Of a DNA stretch of 64,000 nt, positions 1 through 9,925 are shown in pieces; position 1 is the stretch's first letter; each line of letters begins with the position of its first letter. Made by a program: the position numbers and the translations under genes. The stretch comes from an uncultured Actinomycetes bacterium (GTDB taxonomy: Bacteria; Actinomycetota; Thermoleophilia; UBA2241): the NCBI GenBank assembly GCA_963709345.1, contig CAVPVX010000004.1:96001-160000 (forward strand). Reading direction: 5' to 3'. Under the pieces are notes generated by a model. It was not told the origin of the DNA, searched no databases, and was given only the letters and a program-made list of their open reading frames with translations.

Positions 1-322
1 AGTGGTTCACCTCGGCCTGGGAGAAGCTCTGGACGCGGCGGAAGAGCCCGCCGCGCACATCGCGCCCGAAGCCCATCGCGATCCTGGACCCCCAGTAGAC
101 GGCGATGATCGCTGCGATCACGAACACCAGCGTCACGCCGAGCATGAGCGCGCCGATCCTGATGATGTAGGCGGTGTCGCCGGTGATGACACCGTTGTTG
201 ATGATGTCGGCGTTGAGCGTCGGGAGATAGAGGTTGGCGATGGCCTGCGCGAGAAGCAGCACGAGGACGACGAGGATCTGGCGCCAGTACGGCCGCAGCC
301 CGCCGCGCAGGAGGCGGATCAT
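1..322 (-). CDS. ABC transporter permease/ATP-binding protein (multidrug exporter type), N-terminal part, runs off the window start
   Basis: Manual translation MIRLLRGGLRPYWRQILVVLVLLLAQAIANLYLPTLNADIINNGV...GFGRDVRGGLFRRVQSFSQAEVNH resembles an ABC_membrane domain start; ATGA overlap with the upstream MarR stop. Confidence 0.85.
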   Translation of the reverse strand, partial: MIRLLRGGLRPYWRQILVVLVLLLAQAIANLYLPTLNADIINNGVITGDTAYIIRIGALMLGVTLVFVIAAIIAVYWGSRIAMGFGRDVRGGLFRRVQSFSQAEVNH

Positions 323-855
323 CGCGGTCTCTCCGCGACCGGCGTTGCTGCCCCGCCTTGTGCGGCCGTGCGCTCGGCGGCGGCGCGCTCGATGCTCGCG
401 CCCAGCGCCTCGAGGAGCCGGATGAGCTCCCTGCGGTCGTCGGCCGGCAGGGTGGCGATCGTGGCGTTGACGTACCGGGCCGCGCCGGCGCGCATCTGCT
501 TCTCCTCGGCGCGCCCGGCCTCGGTGAGCTCGACCCGCGTGAGCCGCTGGTCGACGTCGTCGGGGCGCCGCGTCACGAGCCCCGCCTTCTCCATGGAGTG
601 CAACATCTTGGTCACCGTCGGCCGCGCCACGTGCAGCGCCTCGGCGAGGTCGCGCTGGGTGATGCCTTCATTGGTGGCGAGCAATCGCAGACACATCGCC
701 TGACCGGGATGGACGCCGCGATCGGCAAACGCCTGCATCATCAGCCGCTGGTGCAGGCGAAGCGTACCCATGAAGGTGCGGAAGGCCTGCGAGGAGAGGT
801 CATCGACTCCTTCGAGCCTGTCGGGTGGCGCTATCAGGTGGTGGTGCGGCGGCAC
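319..855 (-). CDS. MarR family transcriptional regulator
   Basis: wHTH GITQRDLAEALHVARPTVTKMLHSMEKAGLVTRRPDDVDQRLTRVELTEAG; GTG start at 855 after GAAGGA. Confidence 0.9.
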   Translation of the reverse strand: MPPHHHLIAPPDRLEGVDDLSSQAFRTFMGTLRLHQRLMMQAFADRGVHPGQAMCLRLLATNEGITQRDLAEALHVARPTVTKMLHSMEKAGLVTRRPDDVDQRLTRVELTEAGRAEEKQMRAGAARYVNATIATLPADDRRELIRLLEALGASIERAAAERTAAQGGAATPVAERPR

Positions 856-889
856 GGGTCCTTCGGTCGTCGAACTCGGCGTCGGAAAG

Positions 890-918
890 GTTAGCAGGCA
901 AACGATTAGCCTGCAAAC
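890..918. promoter_or_regulatory. Putative tandem MarR operator
   Basis: Two imperfect palindromes GTTAGCAGGCAAAC (890-903) and ATTAGCCTGCAAAC (905-918) just upstream of marR. Confidence 0.55.
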
Positions 919-932
919 CAAGTTCGTGCGTC

Positions 933-1196
933 ATGGAGCCCGTCGGCAGGCGGCTGCGGGTCGTCGTCAGAGACGCGGGTCCGGGCATCGACTTCCGGCC
1001 TCTCCCGAGGGCTACGCTGGTCTCCGGTTTCTCCACCGTGTCCAGCCTGGGCTTGGGATTCACGATCGTGCCGCAGACGTGCGAGCGCCTCCTGCTCAGC
1101 ACGCGGCCGGGTCGTACCGTGGTGCTGCTCGAGTTCGCGCCTCAGTCGCCGGAGGCGGTGACCTCGTCCACGAAGGCGGAGAACGCGTCGAGGTAG
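933..1196 (+). pseudogene. C-terminal fragment of an RsbT/anti-sigma-type HATPase
   Basis: VVRDAGPGID...SGFSTVSSLGLGF...GRTVVLLEF resembles G1/G2 boxes; no N-box half; 3' end overlaps the convergent gene. Confidence 0.5.
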
Positions 1197-2506
1197 GCCG
1201 TGACGTCGTCGCCGGTCGCGGCCACCGACATGGCGGGCCCGGCGGTGCTGATCGCCTCCCAGACGCCGCGATTGGCAAGATAGAGGCGCAGCAGGGCGTT
1301 GAGCTCGGGCTGTTCGTCGTCGTCGGCCTCGGCCGCATCGCGTGCGAGACGGCCGCTGAAGTCCACGCCGGAGCGTGGGTAAAGGCGCTGCACCTGCCAC
1401 GGGAGACCCGCCCCGGCGACGATCGCCTCGAGGCCGTCGGCCAGCCGCGCGCCGAGTGCGGCCGCGTGCGCGTACGCCTCAGGCGTGAGCACCTCGACCA
1501 GCGCGGCGCGCGCCGCCGCCATGCTCAGGGCGTTGCCGAAGAGCGTGCCGCCGGTCGCCAGCTCGCCGGGCTCTCCTTCGAGGCTCTCGGCGCGCTCGAA
1601 CGTGGTCGCGAGCGCGGCGGTCATGCCGTAGGCGCCGAGCGGCAGGCCGCCCCCTATCGCCTTGCCGACGACGACCACGTCGGGTTCGAGGGCCCACTCG
1701 CGCGTGAGGCCGCCGGGACCGCAGATCAGCGTGTGCGTTTCGTCGAGCACCAGCAGCGTCCCGGTCTGACCGGCGAGCCGTCGCAGTTCGGCGTGGAATC
1801 CGGGCTCGGGCAGGACGACGCCTTCGTTGGTCAGTGCCGGCTCGGTGAGCACGCAGGAGTAGAGCCCCGTCGTCAGGGCGTGCTCCAGCGCCTCGACGTC
1901 GTTGAACTGCACGACGTCGATATCGCGGTCGGCGGTGGGCGCCAGGCCGAGATACGAGAGCTTGCGGCGGTCGGAATACGCCGCGAGGAGCTCGTCGCCG
2001 TGCCCGCCGTAGTTGCCGACGAAGCTGAGCACCTTGCGGCGTCCGGTCGCGTGCCTCGCCAGGCGCAACGCCTCGGTGTTGGCTTGCGACGCCGAGAGCG
2101 TGAACTGCCAGGCGGGAAGACCCCAGCGGCGCGCAAGCTCCTCGGCGACGATGATGGAGTCTTCGGTCGGCAGCATGAACTGGGCGCCGGCGGCGACGCG
2201 CCGCTGGACGGCGCGTACGACAGGCTCCGGGTCGATGCCGCAGAAGGTGCTCTTGTCGCCGACGTTGGTGTCGAGGAAGCGGCGCCCGTCGGCGCAGGTG
2301 AAGTGGGCGCCGTGGCCTTCGGCGACCCAGACCGGCGGATGCGCGAAGTAGCTGACCATCCAGCTCATCGGCACGCCGTGGGGCATGCCCGGCCGGGCGC
2401 GCTCGCGCAGTTCGAGGCAGCGCGGGTGCTCGCGCGCATAGCGCTCCATCTCGCGTCGCCACAGCTCGGCGACCCGTCCCACATCTACCCCGGCCCGTTC
2501 GTCCAT
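1142..2506 (-). CDS. Class III PLP aminotransferase (glutamate-1-semialdehyde aminomutase-like)
   Basis: LVLDETHT, PDVVVVGKAIGGGLPLGAYG and GGTLFGN motifs. Confidence 0.85.
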   Translation of the reverse strand: MDERAGVDVGRVAELWRREMERYAREHPRCLELRERARPGMPHGVPMSWMVSYFAHPPVWVAEGHGAHFTCADGRRFLDTNVGDKSTFCGIDPEPVVRAVQRRVAAGAQFMLPTEDSIIVAEELARRWGLPAWQFTLSASQANTEALRLARHATGRRKVLSFVGNYGGHGDELLAAYSDRRKLSYLGLAPTADRDIDVVQFNDVEALEHALTTGLYSCVLTEPALTNEGVVLPEPGFHAELRRLAGQTGTLLVLDETHTLICGPGGLTREWALEPDVVVVGKAIGGGLPLGAYGMTAALATTFERAESLEGEPGELATGGTLFGNALSMAAARAALVEVLTPEAYAHAAALGARLADGLEAIVAGAGLPWQVQRLYPRSGVDFSGRLARDAAEADDDEQPELNALLRLYLANRGVWEAISTAGPAMSVAATGDDVTAYLDAFSAFVDEVTASGD

Positions 2507-2572
2507 GGCAGGGAGGATAGCAGCCGGGGCGGGGTGACTTTCGAGCCGAGCGGCGGCCGCAGCGCTCCGCGT

Positions 2573-4324
2573 TCAATCGCTGAAGGTGAAACCCCGTTCT
2601 CGAGCGACGGCCAGGCAGGCTGCCACCACGTCCTCGTCGTAGAGCCTGCCTGCGCCCTCCTCGATCTCGGCGAGCGCTGCGTCGGTGCCCCTCGAGGCGC
2701 GGTAGGGACGGTGCGACGACATCGCCTCGACGACGTCTGCCACCGTGAGGATGCGCGCCTCGGGCATGATGGCCGCCGCCTCAAGCCCGTTCGGGTAGCC
2801 GGAGCCGTCGAGCCGCTCGTGGTGCTGAAGGACGATCTCGGCGATCGGCCGTTCGAAGCTGACCCCGGCGAGGATGTCGTGCCCGGCCTGGGAGTGCTGC
2901 TTGATCAGGCTGAACTCGGCCTCGCTCAGCCGGCCGGGCTTGGTGAGGATCTCGGCCGGCACGGCGATCTTGCCGATGTCGTGGATCGTCGCCGCGATGC
3001 GTATGCCCTCGAGGTCCTCGCCATCAAGCCCCAGCTCCCCGGCGATGGCGAGCGCGAGCTCCGCCACACGGCGTTGGTGTCCGGCCGTGTACGGGTCCCG
3101 CGTCTCGACGACCTGGCTCATGGCCAGGACGGTGCCCTCCAGTGACCGGCGCAGGTGCTCCGTCGATTGCCGCAACTGCTCCGTCGTGCGGCGTACCTCC
3201 TCTTCCGCCGCGGCCAGGTCGCTCACGTCGATCGAGAGGCCGCCGACCAGCGGCGGCCCACCCTCTCTGAAGATCGGGAAGAACAGCGAGTGAAGATGCT
3301 CCACCCGCCGCCCGGGGTGCCACGTCTCGAGGATGTCGACGACCTCGCCCGCCAAGGCGCGGCGGAAGGCGTCTGTGGCGACAGTCGCGTCTTCCTCCGG
3401 CCAGAGCTCCTCCGGCGTTCGCCCGATCCATGACTCGGGCGGGATGTCACCCTCGCTCAACTTGCGCTCGTTGGCGAAGACGTAGCGGCCTGCTTCGTCC
3501 AGTATGTACAGGTAGCCCGGCAAATGACGGCCGAAGGCCTCGAACCGCTGCTCGCTTGCGCGCAGGGCGGCCTCGGCGCGGCGCGCCTCAGTCACGTCGC
3601 GCGTGTAGGTGACGACGACGGGGGCGCCTTCCCTCTCGAGGTGGTTCATGGTGATCTCGAGCACGTGCTCCACCCCGCCGGCGTCGATGGAAACGCGCTC
3701 CGTCTGCACCGTGCCCTCGTCGCGCACTTTCCGCCACAGCGCCGCCCACTCCCCAGTGGACTGATCGCGGTCGCGCTCCCAGAGCTTTGCGCCGACGAGC
3801 TCACTCTCCGGGTATCCGGTCAGGGCGAGCGCCGACTCGTTGGCGTACGTTATCGTGCCGTCCTCGAGCGCCATCGTGATGGGGAAGGACGAGTTGTCGA
3901 GGACGAACTGCGATGTGCGCGCTTCTTCGGAGCGCCGGCGCAGATCCCGGCGTGCCGTGGCACCGGCAATAGCGCGCTCGACGGCCGGTGCGAGCCTTGC
4001 CGGGTTGTCCTTGAGCACGTAGTCGACGGCGCCGGCGGTGAGCGTGGCGACGGCCGTCTCCTCGTCGATCGCGCCCGACACGGTGATCAGGGGGGTGTCG
4101 GGCGCCTCCTCGGCGATCATTCGCATCGCCTCGAGCCCGCTGTAGCCCGGGATGTTGTAGTCGACGAGGGCGACGTCCCATGTGGCGCCGGTCAGAGCTT
4201 CGCGCAGATCATCCGCCGTCGAGATCCGCGTCCACTTCACCTCGACACCGTCGGAGCGAAGACGGCGCACGAGGAGCTCGACATCGGTGTCGCTGTCGTC
4301 AACGAAGAGCACGCGCGCCCGCAC
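2573..4324 (-). CDS. Response regulator receiver + PAS + PAS + HD-GYP phosphodiesterase
   Basis: VLFVDDSDTD receiver, two PAS-like segments, HDIGKI and HHERLDGSGYP. Confidence 0.9.
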   Translation of the reverse strand: MRARVLFVDDSDTDVELLVRRLRSDGVEVKWTRISTADDLREALTGATWDVALVDYNIPGYSGLEAMRMIAEEAPDTPLITVSGAIDEETAVATLTAGAVDYVLKDNPARLAPAVERAIAGATARRDLRRRSEEARTSQFVLDNSSFPITMALEDGTITYANESALALTGYPESELVGAKLWERDRDQSTGEWAALWRKVRDEGTVQTERVSIDAGGVEHVLEITMNHLEREGAPVVVTYTRDVTEARRAEAALRASEQRFEAFGRHLPGYLYILDEAGRYVFANERKLSEGDIPPESWIGRTPEELWPEEDATVATDAFRRALAGEVVDILETWHPGRRVEHLHSLFFPIFREGGPPLVGGLSIDVSDLAAAEEEVRRTTEQLRQSTEHLRRSLEGTVLAMSQVVETRDPYTAGHQRRVAELALAIAGELGLDGEDLEGIRIAATIHDIGKIAVPAEILTKPGRLSEAEFSLIKQHSQAGHDILAGVSFERPIAEIVLQHHERLDGSGYPNGLEAAAIMPEARILTVADVVEAMSSHRPYRASRGTDAALAEIEEGAGRLYDEDVVAACLAVARERGFTFSD

Positions 4325-4551
4325 ACCGCCCCCAAGTCCTCGGTGACTGGTTCTTGCCCGCACATCGGGTTGTCGATACATGGCGCGCCGGCAGTCGCGG
4401 TGGGCATGGGTACGCGAACTGCCGGCGGGAACCTCGCGTGTCGCCGCCCCGGCGGCCCGGATGCCGGTCGCGCCGGCGCAACGGCAGAGCGGCGTGATTC
4501 CCTGAGATACTTCGGAGCGCGATCCGTTCTGCCGAGTGCGGAGGTGAGGCG

Positions 4552-5592
4552 ATGCGACGCGTCGACCTGCTCATGAGCATCCCCGAAGCGTCGCGACTGT
4601 CCCCCCGCCGGTACCTGGCGGCTCGCGGTGTCCTGCTGGCCGCAGCGCTCGTCCTGATCGCAGGCCTGCTGCTCGTCGCCGTTCTCGTCGCCTGCGGTGG
4701 TACTCCGGCCGCCGTAGACTCGCCGGGCGCCGGTGCGGGCCCGTCGTCCGCGGCGGCATCCGGCCCGCCGGCGGCTTCGGCGAAGGCATCGCCGGTCTCC
4801 GGCGGCGTGACCGCCGCCGGTCTGCGCCGGCTCTTCCCTCACGAGGACGCCGAGCCGCTCGGGCTGAAGGTCGCCGGTGGGCGTACGGTCGACGGGGTCG
4901 CCGTCCGCGACGTCACGTACGAGGGCTCGGGGGCCAGAGTGACCGGCGTGCTCTCCGTGCCCGCCGGCGACGGGCCGTACCCGGCGGTGCTCTACGCACC
5001 CGGCGTCGGCTGCCCCGCTGCCATGTTCGAGAGCGACATGGCCGCCCTGCAGCGGGCGGGCGTCGCCGCCCTGGCGGTCGACCCGCCCGACGGCCGCGCG
5101 CCCTTCGCCGAGCCGGTCTCGCTCGACCCGGAGACGGTCGCGGCGGCGCACATCCAGTACGTGGGCGACCTGCGCCGCGGCCTCGACGTGCTCGCGTCGC
5201 TGCCCGAGGTCGACCCCGAGCGTCTCGGCTACGTGGGCTACAGCTGGGGCGGCTACGTCGGCGGCTTTCTCGCCGGCTTGCGCGCGCCGACCACGGCCTA
5301 CGTGTTGACGTACGCGGGGGCGGACTGGGTGACCGCCGATCCCACGCTGGGGGGGGGGGGGGATTTCGTGGACCCGGCTGCGGCGGTCAGACTCAGCCGC
5401 GCCGCGGCGTTCCTCTTCCAGGCGGGCGCCGACGACCCACTCTTCTCACGCGTCAGCGTGAGGCGGTACTACCAGTCGGCGCCGGGGCCGAAGGCCCTGC
5501 AGTGGTTCCCCGGCGGTCACGGCGACCTGTGGGCTCAGCCTTCGGGCGCGGCGGTCGAGTCTCACCGCGACTGGCTGAAGACGAATCTCTGA
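4552..5592 (+). CDS. Secreted/lipoprotein alpha/beta hydrolase (acetyl-xylan-esterase/dienelactone hydrolase-like)
   Basis: Hydrophobic leader with LVAC lipobox, GYSWG nucleophile elbow, C-terminal GGH; start uncertain. Confidence 0.75.
   Translation: MRRVDLLMSIPEASRLSPRRYLAARGVLLAAALVLIAGLLLVAVLVACGGTPAAVDSPGAGAGPSSAAASGPPAASAKASPVSGGVTAAGLRRLFPHEDAEPLGLKVAGGRTVDGVAVRDVTYEGSGARVTGVLSVPAGDGPYPAVLYAPGVGCPAAMFESDMAALQRAGVAALAVDPPDGRAPFAEPVSLDPETVAAAHIQYVGDLRRGLDVLASLPEVDPERLGYVGYSWGGYVGGFLAGLRAPTTAYVLTYAGADWVTADPTLGGGGDFVDPAAAVRLSRAAAFLFQAGADDPLFSRVSVRRYYQSAPGPKALQWFPGGHGDLWAQPSGAAVESHRDWLKTNL
5349..5362. repeat. G14 homopolymer inside the hydrolase CDS
   Basis: 14 consecutive G, encoding L-GGGG-D in frame. 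Confidence 0.9.
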
Positions 5593-5618
5593 GCCCGGTC
5601 CGGAGCGCTCAGCCCGCT

Positions 5619-5735
5619 TCACCACCACAGGCCCGTCGCGACGCACCATGCCGGTACGGCGAAGGTCACGATCACGAGGACGACGGCGAGCAGGAGGGCC
5701 GGCACCCGGCGAGCTATCCAGTCACGTGAAGTCAT
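5619..5735 (-). CDS. Small (38 aa) membrane protein
   Basis: MTSRDWIARRVPALLLAVVLVIVTFAVPAWCVATGLWW; GGAGG RBS and an upstream TACACT -10-like box. Confidence 0.55.
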   Translation of the reverse strand: MTSRDWIARRVPALLLAVVLVIVTFAVPAWCVATGLWW

Positions 5736-5847
5736 GAGTCCTCCGCGGGATGACTGACCCTGTAGATGGAGTGTACCCGAGGGGACACATCGTGGGAGGG
5801 CACGCGCCGCCCCAGTCGCGCCGCTCCCCTGTGCTATCCTCGGCGCC

Positions 5848-7548
<1,701 letters not shown>

Positions 7549-7627
7549 CCGCGCCGCCGGGCTGCGGGCGCGACGGTTGAGGAGGGTGTCGACTCGGGGT
7601 ACACTCCTGCTGCCCCTCGGGCATCGC

Positions 7628-7703
7628 TGGCGAGTGGCCTAATTGGCAAGGCACCTGACTCTGGATCAGGGGATTGAAGGTTCGAGTCCTTCCTCGCCAG
7701 CCA
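7628..7703 (+). tRNA. tRNA-Gln(CTG)
   Basis: Acceptor TGGCGAG/CTCGCCA, anticodon arm CCTGA-CTCTGGA-TCAGG, GGTTCGAGTCC, encoded CCA. Confidence 0.97.
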
Positions 7704-7804
7704 TCCTCTTCCTCTCCTTTCCGCATCTCCGTCGCAGTGCGGCCGCGTGGATTCACGCGGTGCCGCGCGTGGCGCGGCGTGGCCGCGGGAGGAGGCGAGA
7801 GGGG

Positions 7805-7852
7805 TGGTAGCGCATACAGGATTCGAACCCGTGGTACCGCCGTGAGAAGGCG
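7805..7852 (-). repeat. att-like copy of the tRNA-Glu 3' end (distal)
   Basis: 45/48 nt identical to 23544-23591 by manual alignment; D-arm and 5' acceptor strand absent. Confidence 0.9.
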
Positions 7853-7929
7853 CCGGGATGGCCTCCCCAGATCGGCACACAGAGGCCCGGCCCACACGAA
7901 ACCGATCGCGTACCGGGGATTTGGGCTGA

Positions 7930-9374
7930 AGATGGATTGCAGACGGACCGTGCGGCGGCCCTCAGCACGGTCTGCGGTACTGGCGGGAGCGGCTGATCGG
8001 CGCCATCCTCCTCACCGGAGTCGCTCTCGGCACCGTCGTCTACCCACCAAGCATCTGGCTCGCCGTTCGGGAGCATCTGCCCGCGGTCGTGTTCGCGGAC
8101 ACACTGATTCTCGGCACCGGGATCTCCCTGCTCGTCCTTCGGCGCATCCCTTACTGGATCCGGGCGTCGGCCGTCGTGGCGATCTGCTATCTGCTCGGCT
8201 TCGTGCTCTTTCTGGCGCTGGGGCCCGACGGCGCGGGAATCGTCTGGCTGTTCACCGCGCCCGTTCTTGCCGGCGTTCTCGGCGGGACGAGAGCCGCCTG
8301 CGCCGCGCTGGCGCTGAACGGAGCGACGATCGTCGCCTTCTGCCTGCTGATCCTCAGCAAAGGGGATTCCATCGCAGCGCTCGCCGACCAGCCGGTGGAG
8401 AAGTGGATCGTCATCGGGCTGAACTTCATGCTGCTCAACTCGCTCGTCGCCATTTGCGTGGCACTTCCGCTCCGAGGGCTTCAACGATCGCTCCAGGAGG
8501 TGCAGAGCGCCCGCACTTCGTTGGAGCGCAATCACGAGCAGCTCGCGGCCACGCACGCCGAGCTTCGCACCGCTGATTCAAAACGCAGCAAGGCCGAGAA
8601 CGAGCTCAAGGAGCACTACGGACAACTCGAGGATCTCGTCGAGAAGCGCACGGCGGAGCTCGCCTCGACCAACCAGGAGCTCGAATCGTTCGCCTACTCG
8701 GTCTCCCACGACCTGCGGGCGCCGCTGCGCGCCCTCGACGGCTTCAGCCAGGTGCTGATCGAGGACTACTCCGAGGTGCTCGGCGAGGAGGGCCGCGCCC
8801 ACCTCGAGCGCATCCGCGCCGCCGACGCCCGCATGGGCACCCTGATCGACGCCCTGCTCGAGCTGTCGCGCCTCAGCCGCGGCGAGCTGAAACGAGAGAC
8901 GCTCGACCTCTCGCGCGATGGCCCACGAGCTCGGGCGCCGAGCTTGCGGAGGCCGAGCCCGGAGCGCCACGTCGAGCTGGTCGTCGCCGAGGGGCTCGAG
9001 GCCAGGGCCGACCGCGAACTCGTCGCGCGCCCTGCTCACCAACCTGCTCGGCAACGCCTGGAAGTTCACCGGCGCCCACGAGACGGCGCGCGATCGAGGT
9101 CGGCGCCGCCGCGCTCGACGGCGAGCGCGCCTTCTTCGTGCGCGACGACGGCGCCGGCTTCGACATGGCCTACGCCGAGAAGCTCTTCGGCGCCTTCCAG
9201 CGCCTGCACGGCGCGGGCGAGTTCGAGGGCCTCGGCATCGGCCTCGCCACCGTGCAGCGCGTCGTGCGTCGGCATGGCGGACGGGTGTGGGCCGAAGGCG
9301 CGGTGGAGCAGGGCGCGACGTTCTTCTTCACGTTGCCGGCGGCTGCCGGCGAGGACTCACCGGCGGGTCTGTGA
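7930..9374 (+). pseudogene. Membrane sensor histidine kinase, multiply frameshifted
   Basis: TM region, H-box [13 protein letters not shown], then N-box [10 protein letters not shown] and G-boxes DDGAGFD/GLGIGLA in different frames; no clear start codon at the 5' end. Confidence 0.8.
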
Positions 9375-9430
9375 TTTCCGTCGCGTCAGATGATCTGAGC
9401 TGGGCAGGCGGTCAGACGCAGAGGGCGATC

Positions 9431-9620
9431 AGACGTGGCCGGGTTCGTTTGGGCAGTTGAACCGGGTTGGTAGGTCATGAACCGCTCGCCATGTAACTGC
9501 TGCTTGCGCGCGTCGTGTATACCAGTAGACCTCGTCGGCGTACGGTCGCTCAGGCCCTGGCGCCGGCGCCGGTGGTGGTAGAAGTCGAAGTGGGCGGCCA
9601 GCTCCGTGCGTGCCCCGGTC
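9431..9620 (-). mobile_element. IS3-family transposase C-terminal remnant with probable right end
   Basis: ARTELAAHFDFYHHRRRRQGLSDRTP/DEVYW (one frameshift) matches the IS3 integrase-core tail pattern YNxxRxHxxLxxRTP; followed by a plausible terminal IR. Confidence 0.65.
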
Positions 9621-9925
9621 AAGATGAGGGCGGTTCGAGGTTGGCACAGCAAGGCTGCAAGCCTTCGCCGGAGGAGTGCACCAGCGAGTGTTTCAGCAGC
9701 TTGCCACTCGCCAAGGTGGCCGCTCAAACCGGCAGGCAGGTCGTCCCGCGAAGCGGGATGCTGTCCATTGGCCGACGACAGCGGGCAGGCCGGCAGCGTT
9801 CGGGGCAGCGATGCCGAAGCCGTTCCCGATGCTCTGGCGCGCTTCGTGCAATGGGCATAGAGTGCTGATGCGTCCGCGGCACTCAGTGGGGGCCAATCGA
9901 GGCGCGGACCGCTGGGAGGAGCGCC

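Noticed and set aside
770-3145. 791 aa + strand ORF and similar long ORFs (38721-40367, 42481-43983, 5722-7302, 45425-46909)
   Set aside because: Antisense shadows of well-supported genes, expected at high GC; no motifs
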